Origin: Kudoa neothunni
Lineage: Eukaryota > Animalia > Cnidaria
Length of the DNA stretch: 54,710 nucleotides
Direction: 5' to 3'
NCBI GenBank assembly: GCA_964304625.1
Contig: OZ199839.1
Span: forward strand, 4,032,314 to 4,087,023
Of this stretch, positions 39,400 through 52,349 are shown one piece after another. Position numbers and translations under genes: made by a program. The notes below the pieces were generated by a model. The model saw nothing but the letters and a program-made list of their open reading frames with translations. It did no database searches and had not been told where the DNA came from. Each line of letters starts with the position of its first letter. Within the stretch, counting starts at the first letter, position 1.

Positions 39400-40124
39400 A
39401 ATTCTAAAATCACAAAATATATTCCAATTTATTACGTTTATTAAATCGTTTTCTTTATTATAGTATGTATTTACTATATACTATTCTCCTTTCAATAAAT
39501 GTGTTAGAAATAAAATATTTTTGTTGTTATAATAAGTATTTATCTATAAGTTTCGTTCCACAATCTTAATTTGCTTAACCCTTTCGTTCCCAATGTCCCA
39601 TCGGTGAGACAAACAATTTAAACATTAATTACGATTTCAGTTTACCATTATCATACTTTAAATGTGAATAATTAATCTCTACTTGTTGATATTAATATTA
39701 TATTTACACCACTAATTAAATAATCAAATAATATTTATTATAATAAGCATTTAAATCATCGCCGTCCATTAAAGCAATGAAACGAAAAGTGATTGATTAA
39801 TATACCATGAATATGGTGTAATAAATAAACGATAACTTTTTTTAATAATATATAAATAAATGACAAATTAATAATAAATCATATAAACTTCACGTGGGTC
39901 ATATAAGGGACAATGGGGTTTCGAGGAACGCCGAAGATTGGGGTAATGGATCATGACCAAGTTTTCGAAAATGATGATGAGGAAGAAACCTTGACTGAGG
40001 TCGTTGTTTTCCAGATGCAGATATTTCGGAACCAGACATTATTTGTGACATCGAAGATGCGTCTTTTTTGGAAACTATTACTCATGACGAAAATTATGAC
40101 CAAACTCAAAATTCTGAGAGTTCC

Positions 40125-40196
<72 letters not shown>
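40125..40196 (+). repeat. (GAT)24 microsatellite encoding poly-Asp in the transposase N-terminus
   Basis: 72-bp perfect repeat. Confidence 0.97.
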
Positions 40197-40803
40197 ATGC
40201 AACCAGACTTCAATTTTCCAAAAGATTTTGTTCCACCAAATATAGAAAATGGATTAGAGATATCTACCACAAATTTTGATGAGTTGAAAGATCGGGTTAT
40301 AACGATAGACTACTTTAAATTCTATTTTGGCAACGATCTCTTCGAAAATATTGTCTTAGAATCAAATATATATGCCGTTCAGCGAAATTCCGGTTTCAAA
40401 ACCGATATTGAAGAAATTCAAAAATACATTGGTGTCTTGATTATCATGGACATAGTTAAAATGCTCAGCTATAGATGTTACTGGGCCAAACTCCTGCAAT
40501 ATCCCCTTGCTACTGAATGTGTCTGGAGAAATCGCTTCAGGCAATATCGAAATAATTACACTTCGTATATGATACTAACATTGTAACCGACCTAAACTCT
40601 CCCAAATGACAAAATTGCAAAAATTCGCCCTTTACTAAATTCGATCAGAGAAACCTGCCTGAAAGTAGAATACGAGAGGAATAATTCTATAGATGAGAAA
40701 ATTATTCCTTTTAAAGGAAAATGCAAGGCTAAGCAGTATATTCCGAAAACCGACAAAATGAGATTTCAGAATGTTTGCCAGATGTGGTATTAGTGGATTG
40801 GTA

Positions 40804-42762
40804 CAGTGGGTGACGGCTAATTCGCACTTTTATTTAACGTATGCGCAAAAGATTTTGGTCGATTTTATAAGAAATGTGATATTATCCTATTCTTTTAAAA
40901 TAAAATTTGTTATTTTCGTTTGCTTAAATCCTTTTTTTGGATTAGAAACATTTCCTCCTCTAGTTTGTGAAGATAATCCAAAATATTTGATCCATTCTAA
41001 ATGAAATCTCCCTTTAAATAATCAGAGCATTCCAGCGTTTCTTTCGTGGTATATGACTCTTCTTTGTATGTTTCGGGTTCGCAATCAGACTGTTCTTCTA
41101 CATTCATGGTTACGCCGCTGTTTCAATGGTTGTCCTCAAATTCACAGACTTGAACGAGTTCTTCTTTATCTTGGCATTGTATTATCTTTGGATTGTCGAT
41201 TCCATCTAAATTTCATGGTTTTCAAGTCCGTCGATGTATAATTATTAAGTTTGTAAAAAATAGTAATAAGGATCTTCGTTATCATCGAATCTAAATCCAG
41301 CTTTCTTGAAACAATTGGATATGGTTTGGATCGTTATGTGTTCCCACGATTTTTTTACAAGTACCAACGCATCTAATAAATCAACTGATTTAAGTTCGAC
41401 ATCATTCTCAACTAAAAATGTAGATCTATTTATTAGATATCTTCTATAAACAGCTTTAAATGAATTAGTAATCCCTTGAGCCACAGGTTGTAGAACACTA
41501 GTTGTGTTTTTAGGGAAAAATATAATTCATTATTTGATAATTGTAATGGTGAATGGCAACTCGCATTATCAAGAAATAGCACAATTTTTTTGTTCTCCTT
41601 GAAATTAGCATTTAATTTAACTAAATATTTTTTAAATATCTCCGAGGTCATCCATGCTTTCTTATTGGAGAAGTAAGGGACTGGAGTATCTTTCAAATTT
41701 TGAAAACACCTTGGTTTTTCATGATGACCAATCATTAATGGTTCCATTTTTTCGCCTAATAGTGATGCTCCAAATAAAAGCGTAACTTTTTTTTGATCGC
41801 TTTGAGCATTTTGCATTTACTTCAGTAGATAGAACATAATTTCTTCCTAAATCAGGTTACCATAAATACTTTCGAGTGAATATAATGTATTGTAAAATAG
41901 TTCATAAAAAATTCCAATCGGTATTTGTCGTTGATTGACATAAATTAAATGTTGATATAATTATTTTTTTACGACATGTAACAAATTAATGATGATTTTT
42001 GTCGTTGTTGTATAGCTTATATATCTTACTGGGATGTTGCTGACAGAATAGAGCTGTTTCATCAAGGTTTTACACTTGTTCAGCTTTATAATTTTTCAAT
42101 ATATTTTTTAATTGAAGTTTCCAATCATCGACAGTTTCCATGTTTACCATGTTTGCCTCACCATGAAAATTTAGTCGTCGTAAATTAAATCTTTCTTCGA
42201 ATCCGCGAAACCAACCATAGCTCATACCTTCCGCTTCTTTATTAATGTTTTATGCAAATTCATTTCGTTTCGAAATAATTTCCAATGACGAAATTCCCAA
42301 TTTTGTAGACCTCATCCATATTAACCGCTCAAAAACTTGTTGATCAATTTCATCATTTGAATCATTTTTCAAGGTTTTACCATTTCCTTTGACTATTTCG
42401 GTCTCAGCGGAGCTCTTTATTTTAGCGTTTTTTGGAGGCTGAGTTTCGAAGTATCTAATAATATTATATTTTTCGGTAAGTGCCATCCATTTATGCTTTC
42501 TTTGTTCACCCATATTTCCGTATTAAATGATACCGGCGCGCGTTTTGCATCCCTGCTCCACGGAAATTAGTGCGAATTATCCATCCATGGGTTTAACTCA
42601 TAAAATTTTCTTATATTTAATAGGACGAAACATTTTTAAGTTGTATAATGCCGTAATTAATAATTCTACTCATATATATATATATATATATAATGATAAA
42701 AATCTCAAGGTTTATTTATTTTGGCGACAATGAAAAAAGTGCGAATTAGCCGTCACCCACTG
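40804..42762 (-). mobile_element. Tigger/pogo transposon, 1,959 bp, with disrupted transposase
   Basis: Perfect 28-bp TIRs CAGTGGGTGACGGCTAATTCGCACTTTT; TA TSD; DDE_1 motifs LDETA, KPRCF, KAWMT, LDNASCH. Confidence 0.95.
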
Positions 42763-44546
42763 TATACGATTTTCACCTCTATGATGGAAATAAACCAAAT
42801 GTGCGTAGAAGTTGTGGACTTACATCTGGTGATTTTGTTATTAAGCTTTGTGAAAGTTTGCCTTACGACAGTAACCATTATGTTTATTTTGACAGTTGGT
42901 TTACTTCTATTCCACTCCAAATTTTTCTAAAGAAAAGAAATATTTTTTCATTTGGAACGATGCGCTCACATAGAGTGAAAAGATCTTCATTGATGATCGA
43001 CAAAGAACTCAAGAAATTAGGACGCGGCTCATATGATTATGTCGGAGATCCTAAAAACGGTATATATCTTACACGTTGGTTTGATAGCTCTGTTGTCACT
43101 CTCTCTTCTACCCACTCCCCAATTGAGCCTGTTTCAGTTACAAGGGGATTTGACCGACCCAAGAAAAGAATAATGGAGGTAATTTGTCCAGCAGTTGTCA
43201 ACGAATATAATAAAAACATGGAGAGGTTGACCTCTCTGACATGTTGATGTCGCTTTATGTTATGTAACACAAATGCAGGAAATATTATCATCAAATTTTC
43301 TTCTGGTTCTTGAACACATCAATAATCAATTCTTGGACATTATACCGACGAAATTTAGCTGTTAGAAATGTACCGAATAAGAATATTTTAGATTTATTAG
43401 ATTTTTCATCAAGTATAAGTGAAACTCTTATATTTTACAAAAAAAAGGGGAAGACCATCTAAACCCTCCTTGAAACCGAAGATTATGATTTCAGTACAAA
43501 AAAAGTGCAGGTTATCGGCCAAGTCAGGTTTGATAACGTAGGTCACTATCCTGAGATACGTATCGACAGGACTAGGTGTCGCGTTTGTCAAATGGAAACT
43601 AGATTATGTTGTATGAAATGCAACTCATACTGTTGTTTAACCGCGGAGAAAAATTGTTTTTTTTCAACATCATACAGAAAAAAAGTGTATAATTATTTAA
43701 ATCCATAAATATGTGTGTTCGTGCGCACGCACATCCACATTATGACTTCTTTATATTCCCATTGTCCCATATATAGATCAGTTGAAAAATTAAGCATAAA
43801 TTCCAACAAAATATTTCGGTTTGCTCAAAAATAATTAGAATTGAAAAAACAAACACAGTTAATATAGAATAATAATTTTCAAAACGAAAAAAAATTGGGA
43901 GCGAAAGGGTTAATTTAGATAAGAGTTCCATTATATTACAAATAATATAAACGGGCTAAAAAAGTATGAGAACCAGTAAGTTAGAGTGATCTCATCGGTA
44001 TCACAAATTTAGTGTTAATCCGCATTAAACAAACAATGAGGGGTTATTTTTATTATAAACTAAACCAACAATTATTTGACATTTTCTACGAAAATTAACA
44101 TATCTGTTTGTTATAATATGTCGATCAGAATACATATGTAACATCTTAAACATTCCATGTATCACTCATTACAATTACGATCGTTATATTTGATTTTTTC
44201 TATTGGAAATTATCTGCATTCGTATAATTAATAGTAATAAATAAAAATAAACTAATCAAATTAATTACTTAAAAATTAAGAAATCTACCAATAATCACAC
44301 TTTCGGATCACAGTTTTATCAGTTGATCAAATAGATGATTATTTACGAGTTAATTATATGTTGGAATTATGCTCTCTTGCAAACAAACAATGATGACCTT
44401 ACCCATTATCTCTCAATTTTCATCCACAATGTTTCTATTATAATCATTTGAGATGTCTATGAAATATTCATTAATTGTTCAAAGTAAGGATTTTGTTCGA
44501 AACCACATTCAAAACAAATAATATTTTTGGCGCTAAAAATAATGGG

Positions 44547-45814
44547 ATGATGAGACTGGTTTTATGGTTACCGTTATTGCTATGGCTATCGATTGATTAC
44601 ACACTGACTAAAACCTCTGTCGACTTAATTGGGACGTCATTCAATTATTTTAACAGAAAAAGATGTGATATGTCCCTTACTAAACACTGCTACGGTAATT
44701 TATGTATATGAGAATATTCTGCAACTAATAATTCATTCATTAGGTCTTAATTTTAATTCAAAACATCTGCATCGATTTGGTTCTATATTTAAGAGATTTT
44801 TACCCGAAATAGATGTGTACCTGGAATGCGAGGGACCAAATCCTTACATTGAAGTCTACCTCAATGATGATCTCACATTTTCGTCACAAATCAATTTTCA
44901 AAATGGTCTAACCGTTACCAACGGTGTAGCGAAACAATATTGGACCAAATTGTACAATCATTTAAATATAACAGTAATAACAATTGTGTGGGTTGTTGAT
45001 TGGAGTCGTATTGTATTCAAGGAAAAATCTTCCGGTTATTCTATGGAAACATTGCTATCGAATTTGGAAGTCACCTTGGGGAGTTATGCCTATTTGTCAA
45101 CCACCTTATGTGACCGTAATTATTTATTTTAATTTTAATTTGTTAACAGTATTTGTAGATTTTAATAAATCTGATAATTACTTCTCAAAATGGCCCGCTA
45201 AACAACATCAAACAGAACAATTTGAGCATCGAATTTGTATCTCATTGTTAGAAACAACGAAATTCGATAAACTCATTTAGTGTACTATGTTTCTATGTAT
45301 GGAAAACAGACAGGATACCTGAAAGATTTCAGAAAGGTGGTGATAGAATGCATCGGTGGAGACGGTCCTCGTAATCCTCACCACAACAACCCAAGTATTC
45401 CATAAAAATTAGATATCTTTTCGAAACCTAATCATACTATTGGGGATTTTTAGTATACGACTTTTCGACCGATGAGTACTATGAATATATGCCATTGTTA
45501 TTTATTCAGAATTTCTTTGTATTCACTCTATCTCCGACTATGCCGCAACTCTGCTCCAACCAAACAAAATATTGTATGTGGGGTTGTTTTTCAATTGAGC
45601 TTTAATACGAAACAAACATTTAGATGCAAGATTGTATAGAAACTCCCTCTCTTCTACTGTCTATCGATATGTGTTTTCTATTGGAATGCTGATCATATTA
45701 AGTGTCATTGCGGTTGTGTTGGCCAAGACCTACCATAAAGAAAAATCTTCTCATGATTATGCCGGGACACTCACCATGAAATCCTATCAAAAACTTGTTG
45801 AAAACGATAAATGA
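44547..45814 (+). CDS. Uncharacterised type-I membrane glycoprotein, about 6 exons
   Basis: Signal peptide MMRLVLWLPLLLWLSID; in-frame GT-AG splicing; N-glycosylation sequons; one TM helix (YVFSIGMLIILSVIAVVLA); tail with YQKL. Confidence 0.72.
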
Positions 45815-45982
45815 TAAAGTTCGCGCTGTATGAGCTACATTAAGTTACGTTATACTCGTTAAACCTTTTATCATGTCCACGATTTACAGAAATTATTTGC
45901 ACATTTATCATTCATGCAATTTATGCGCAATAATGAGCCATTTTAATGGTAAAAATTTCAAAAACTACAATTCAATCAATTA

Positions 45983-47162
45983 TTAAAGCAATTTCTTGTT
46001 GGTTTGTTCAAGGCGATGAGTAGCCTTTTGCAAAATTTCAGTATTAGTGATAGAATCCTCTCTATCTTGCATCTTAAACCTTTCTATCTTGGTACACACC
46101 TAAGGTTAAATCAAAATAACTGCTTCAATTTGAAATAAAATAAAAACACATCTGTTAATGTCTTCAACGTGGTAATGGAATTTTTATTGACACACATGGC
46201 AAAACATAAATATTTTCGAGCCATCAACAGAGTTTTCAAACTATCCTTCATCATTAACGCAATCTACAACAAAAGCATATCACGTTATCACATTAATTGA
46301 GATAATGAATAAGTTCAAACTTACTTGAGCATATTTTTCCAGAAATGCTATCTGATTTGGAGCTAACAAGATAAGCTCTTCAACGCAAAATTTAGCTTTC
46401 TCATACCTAAAAATTTTAATTTAGAACAGCCACATAAAATAAACGAACATCTTCTGATTCAAGTAAAGATCAGTCAACTCCATCCATGCAGTTTGATCGT
46501 TCATATGTCTATAAGCAAACATTGAACATTTACTGACCGACTTGATTAACAACACACATTTTTAAATATGAAACTAATAAAGGTATTGCTTCCGAATCCC
46601 CTTTAACCAACTTTGTCACAGTGATAATGCGTTTCAAAGCCAACTAAAAACATTTTTTCATATTCAAGAAATGAGAAAGATGTAAGAAAAATACCGGATG
46701 AGGATGAGATTCCGTGATCTGTTCATAGATATGTAAGGCATCATCGTATCTAAATTAAGGGATGGATGCTAAACTTGACTGGATTAGTTGAAAACTGTAG
46801 GTACCTTCCCATCCTTTCTAATGCCATCCCAAAAAGTACATTCACGCGATCACTCTCTGGAAATGTGGATTTTAACTTGTCTAAATATTTCTACAAAAAA
46901 TTAAACAAATAATATTTTTTGACAACTTTTGCAGATTTTTCGTCACCCAAAAATACGCTTGAAATAACCAACTGTTCGTACACATTGTATACTTGAAACG
47001 ATAATTAATCCAATTACTACATTTTTAGAGTAAATTACCATCATAGCCTAATTTAAAATCGTTTTCCTGCAACAATTCCAAGGATTTGCTATGAATTTTC
47101 TCAAAATTACAACTATTATTTTCGATATATTGACTAAATTCCTTGTAAGAAAGTGCACCCAT
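45983..47162 (-). CDS. EMC2: ER membrane protein complex subunit 2 (TPR protein), multi-exon
   Basis: Spliced translation KLGYDVYNVYEQLVI...FPESDRV...YDDALHIYE...DQTAWMELTDLY...YEKAKFCVEELIL...KYAQ...ARKY follows EMC2 motifs in order. Missed by the ORF track. Confidence 0.88.
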
Positions 47163-48863
47163 GGCCCTCAAAGTCAATTGATCGCTTAACGAACTTTGCC
47201 GAAAATTCGAATAATTAAAAGTCGATATTTATCAAATTCTGCAAAACGCGTAATTTTGGAATTGATATAAGAATATAAATAAATTTATTTATTTGCGAAA
47301 ATTCGACAGGCCAAGAGTCACCCGAAGAGGTTTTGTAATTATTGTGTCCGCGTTTAATAGAATTATTTGAATAAAAGCTCGATATAATATAGCTGCATAA
47401 GCTCTAAGAATTACTATATGATACAAAACCTTAACGTAATCTTGATACAAACGCTTGCGCATTATATTATTATTTTTAAAATGAGGTATGTATTATGAAG
47501 TATTTTTAAATAACTTGGCAGCATTTGCACATAACAGTCTGCAGGGAATTGTAAGGCTTTAAATTTTTTAATGGTAGAGACGTTTCTAAGGACATGGATG
47601 AGGATCTTTATTTGAGCTGTAAGAATAAAATCACTCTTGACACTAAAATCTGTATCTCCTTTACATTTTAATGCCTTTTTGTTCATTTAATCTTGATAAA
47701 AAATTTATCATTTAAGATATTTAGAATTCTTTTATTTCAAACATCATCGTGTTTCCTCGAATACATGGTAGGTATTAGATTTTTTTGGTTTAATAAGAAG
47801 CATTAGGTCTAATTTTTTGGGTAAGTCTCATATTTGTAACAAATAGAACCTCCTAAATATTGTTTAGCTCACATAACAGAATTAAAAGAATAGGTTTTTA
47901 ATGGACAAAACATTATTTATATTGAAAGAAATACGACGCGGAGCATATAATTTGACGATTAAGTTTATTTCTTATTTAAAAATGAAGATAAATGCCAAAA
48001 TTTATATGATTAATAAGAATTTTACCTTAACGATTTTTATTATTATTAACTATCTAATAAAATTGAATTGTTAGAAATACTTTGTAATATAATTCAGAAT
48101 ATCCATATTTTAGATATTTTATTAGGTCTTATTTTTAAGGTGGTGTTATAACAAAAACTAGATCGAAAATACAGTCGAGATTGGATATTGTGTAATTTAA
48201 GGTTTTCATTATGAATATAAATACGTTGGAAATTAATTTTAAATGATTACCATTATTTCATTTAGCAGATTAGTAATTCACAATAAAAATAAAAGTAAAA
48301 TTTTTTCTGTGTCCCCGACTTAGTAATGCGTAAAACGTTTTTATTGCGTAACGAAAAAGTCAATATTACTCGATATTACGTAAATTTACCTTAAATATAC
48401 GAAGGAAACTGTGATATTTTCGAGAAAATTAGAATAATACGGTGTTTAACCTCAATAAAAACAATCAAAGATGCCATAAAAATGACGGTTGAAAAATTTA
48501 CCCTTAATGTTGTAGTTATTTTTGTTATATCTGAATATATATATATATATATTCGAGGTCATTCAATGCTCACAGATCACTTCTAGTGAAATCAAGCTGA
48601 AAAATGCAGACGTTGCAGGAAATAGAAAAAGCATTTAAATAAAAGATTCATCGATACAGGCGAAGAAGTTTATCAAAAATCGCACGAATAATCGCATTAT
48701 TTCTGGAGACTTATTCTTAAAATGTTTATTATCATCGCAAAGAAGAATAAAGTTCAAAATTATAAAGAAAGCGAGAGATGTGTAGCGAAGTTTTAAAAAA
48801 ATTTGGAATCATTTTTCAAAATTTTCATGATGAAGTTGCGTGTAGTATTCTTGCATCTATTAA

Positions 48864-51800
48864 CCCTTCCGGTACCAACTGGGGTATTTAAGTGACCCCA
48901 TATTATCTATTTTGTTTCTAAATCCAAAAATCAGCTTCTGATAGTCTTCAAAATTTCAGAATACCTCAATTACTATTATTTCGATATTTTGATGAAAATA
49001 TTTTTTACAATATAATTAAATCTAATAAATAGATTCAAAAATAATACTAGAGTTAATTTTTAATGCATCGGATTAGTTTTCTAATGTTACATATTTGTTT
49101 TATAAATATCAAAAATAGCTTTATTCCCCAACAAAAATTTGAAAATATCCGTTCTATTATATGAAAAAATGGTGCGCCTTTCTAAATATTACCGCCTCGC
49201 GGATTAACGAGGATTAATCCGATTACGCCACGCGCTTAACATTTCTTGTGGATATTGAGGTAGCAATTGTTAAATAACTCTTTTTGAGACATCGGTAATA
49301 TTTAGTATGAGACTAGACCAAACCATTGATGATGTTGAAAAACTTATTGAGGATTCTTCTTCTGTAGATAATGATAGTTGCTCAGAATACGAAATATCTG
49401 AATCAGATGATTGCGGTGAAGATGATTGTGTTATTAGTGATATAGATAGTGATGAAGATTTCCAAAGTGACGTTAAATTTGCTCAAGAAAACCCGAATAA
49501 TGATTCTATTTTTTTTTCCCGTCTGGTCTTGAGTGGTCCAAAAGAATTTGTTCGAAAACGAAAACTAAATCACACAACATCGTTACTTCATCCTCAGGCA
49601 TTTTAGATGAGGCAAACAATATAACGTCCATTTTTGATGCCTTTGAATTGTTTATGTCGGATGATATAATTAATGAGATAGTAAAATACAGCAACAAGTA
49701 CTGCGAAGAAACTAACCCAGAGACACACACGACAATAACTAAAAATGAAATAAAAGCATTTATAGGCATATTAATCGCTGCTGGGCGTTCAAATGGTAAG
49801 ATGCTTGCTCATAGGAATATGTGGGATGGTAGTCCATTATTCAAACAATTATTCTTCCCCACAGTGATGTCCAGAAACAGATTCACTTATATTTATAGAA
49901 AAATCCGTTTTGACGATAAAGCAAATAGAATTTATCGGTTTCAAATTACAAACGACAAATTCGAACCTTGCCGCCAAATTTTCGATCTGTTTAATGAAAA
50001 TTGCTTGAAATATTATTCACCAGGCACGCATATTACAGTGGATGAAAGGTTAGTAAGGTTTAGGGGTAAATGTCCGTTTTGGGATCAAACTTTGGGTGGC
50101 TGCAGACGTAGAAACGTCATACCTATTAAACATTCAACCGTATACTGGGAAGATCGGTGGAACAAGGGAAATAAATCAGGCTGAAAATGTTGTCACAAGA
50201 CTTGTCTCTCCATTTTATAGAACTGGCCGAGGAGTGACCGTAGACAACTTTTTTACATCCGTTTCTTTAGCCACGAAACTCTTCAAAGAGAACCTGACAT
50301 TGACAGGGACAATTAGGTCGAATAAACGCGATATCCCCAAAGAATTTTTAAAATCGCCACGCCGAGAGGTTTTCTCCTCTCTGTTCGGGTTTTCTGGTCA
50401 TCTTTCACTTTCTTCCTATGTACCCAAAAAGAACTATGCGGTCAATATATTGTCTACCGAATTTCATGATTCTTCAACAGAAGGCACATATAGAAAAAGA
50501 CCAACGGTGATTCTTCACTATAACAAAACCAAAGGTGGTGTTGATAATGGGGATAAAATGACCCAGTCATACTCCTGTTCGCGACCTACTCGTAGATGGC
50601 CACTGAAGATTTTCATGGAAATCATTGACATGGCTGCGTTGAACGCATATATTATTTGGATCCAAAAAAATTCTGATTGGAAAAAAAATGATCGTAGCAA
50701 GCGACAGAAATTTCTTCGCGAGCTTGCTATAGAATTGGCAACACCCAGTGTAGCATATCGTCGTGAGAATTCCCATACTCTTCAATCCCACATAAAGTAT
50801 GGTTTCCAATTTTTTGAAATCTCTACCAATAATGACGATTTGACGATGTCTGAATCAAATTCCACTCAGCAATCAAAGAGAAATAGATGCCATTTTTGTC
50901 CTCGGAATAAGGATAAAAAATCCAGCCTGAGATGTTTCAACTGCCTCAAGTTTGTTTGCATAAAACATAGAGTAAAAAGAAATATTATTTATTGTTTAGA
51001 TTGTACCGATTCTTTGGAATAAATCGTGTTAATATATTTTTTTATTCGGCATATGGTTGCAGATTATAAATTATACACAAATTTTCACTAGTAATTGAGT
51101 GCGATGTGTAATTCATTTTACGATCTCTAATGCATTATCATTTATGACATATACAATTTTGGTCTATTATAATAAATAAATTCTACCCAAGGCTCAACGG
51201 ATTCACAATTTTTGAATTTATACACAGTCATGCCATTTGGGAGAAAAAATATCGCCCTGTTGAAAAAACGAATAAAATTAACCTCGCTACAGAGGAAAGA
51301 ATAATTTTGTTTACAAAATAATTCTCTACTTTGAGAAATTTTACCAAATATGACTCGTAAAATTAAGAAAATATCTACATAAAAGTAAATATTCTAATTT
51401 CTGTTTTCGCTACTATTTTGCGAATTTCAAAAATAATAAAATAATGACAAGGCGAAAGTGATTTTGTTGTACAAATACATATTAAAAATAATTACGTACA
51501 AATATGACAGATATGTTGAATATTATTTTTGGTGCCTTAAACACTGATGCTCAAATAATGCAAACTGAAGTCACTGCGCCATTCATTGTTTAAAAATATT
51601 ATTATTTTGTGTATTATTCCATGGATGTAACTATTGACACGGCAAATAATATTTAGAGGTCACTAATTTTGGCTATATTTAATTATTTATATCACATCGC
51701 TTCGCTTTTGCCTGTCAGGAATAATTAAATAGAGCAGATTTTAAACGATTAAATCTATACAAAGTTTGTGAGTAAGAGTCGCTGAGATAAAAAATTTATA

Positions 51801-52349
51801 TTGAGTAAGCGTACATGCAGTTTATGACTAAATTTTGTGTCTATAGCATCTGCCTACTAAAATTTAGGAAATAATATAGATCAGCATTGGATAATAGAAG
51901 TCTTCGCTCATATAGCTTAAATTTGATCAAAGCGGCAATCACACCGATCCATCATTAGCTACGGATTCACCAACTTATGCCGAAAAGCGATGAGTATTTA
52001 ATTGCTGTGATGGTCATTATTTTTTCTAATTATTCTTAATTTTTTGATCATTAGTCTTCCATATATCCTGTTTCGGCATAAAACTGATAATATTTGCTAT
52101 TTATGCTACATTTTGATGCATTTGTATCATTGTCTGTGCAATGGTTTTCGTAATGAACAAAATGATTTATGTATAGGTCAAATAATAAAAACTAATTTTA
52201 TTGGGCATGAATTATCATATTTGTGTCTCTTATTTTTGGTGAAATAGTTTCTAGCAGATTGAACAAGTTTAAGGTGTAATTCGGCTGGGGTACGTTAGTG
52301 ACCCCAGTTGGTCACCCACGTTCTGTTATCGTAGTTGGTACAGGAAGGG
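48864..52349 (+). mobile_element. piggyBac transposon, 3,486 bp
   Basis: 17-bp TIRs CCCTTCC(G/T)GTACCAACT; TTAA at 48860-48863 and 52350-52353; subterminal TGGGGT...GACCCCA palindromes at both ends. Confidence 0.94.
49307..51022 (+). pseudogene. piggyBac transposase with a frameshift and a short internal deletion
   Basis: TVDERL, TVDNFFT, YNKTKGGVD, RRWP and Cys-rich domain; the segment expected between CPF and GIKLW is missing near 50080. Confidence 0.9.

Larger units (their letters stand above)
39579..43909 (+). mobile_element. piggyBac element with disrupted transposase, split by a Tigger insertion
   Basis: 16-bp TIRs CCCTTTCG(T/C)TCCCAAT; TTAA on both sides; transposase fragments SIDEK, FDSWFT, YNKNM and a Cys-rich C-terminus. 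Confidence 0.93.
37587..43978. mobile_element. Non-autonomous hAT (Charlie/Buster-type) element hosting nested insertions
   Basis: Left TIR CAGCGGTTCTCAAA; degenerate right TIR TATGAGAACCAGTA; perfect 8-bp TSD AGTTAGAG with central TA (37579-37586, 43979-43986). Confidence 0.8.

Noticed and set aside
39913-40245. Poly-Met and poly-Ile ORFs
   Set aside because: Alternative-frame readings of the (GAT)24 repeat.
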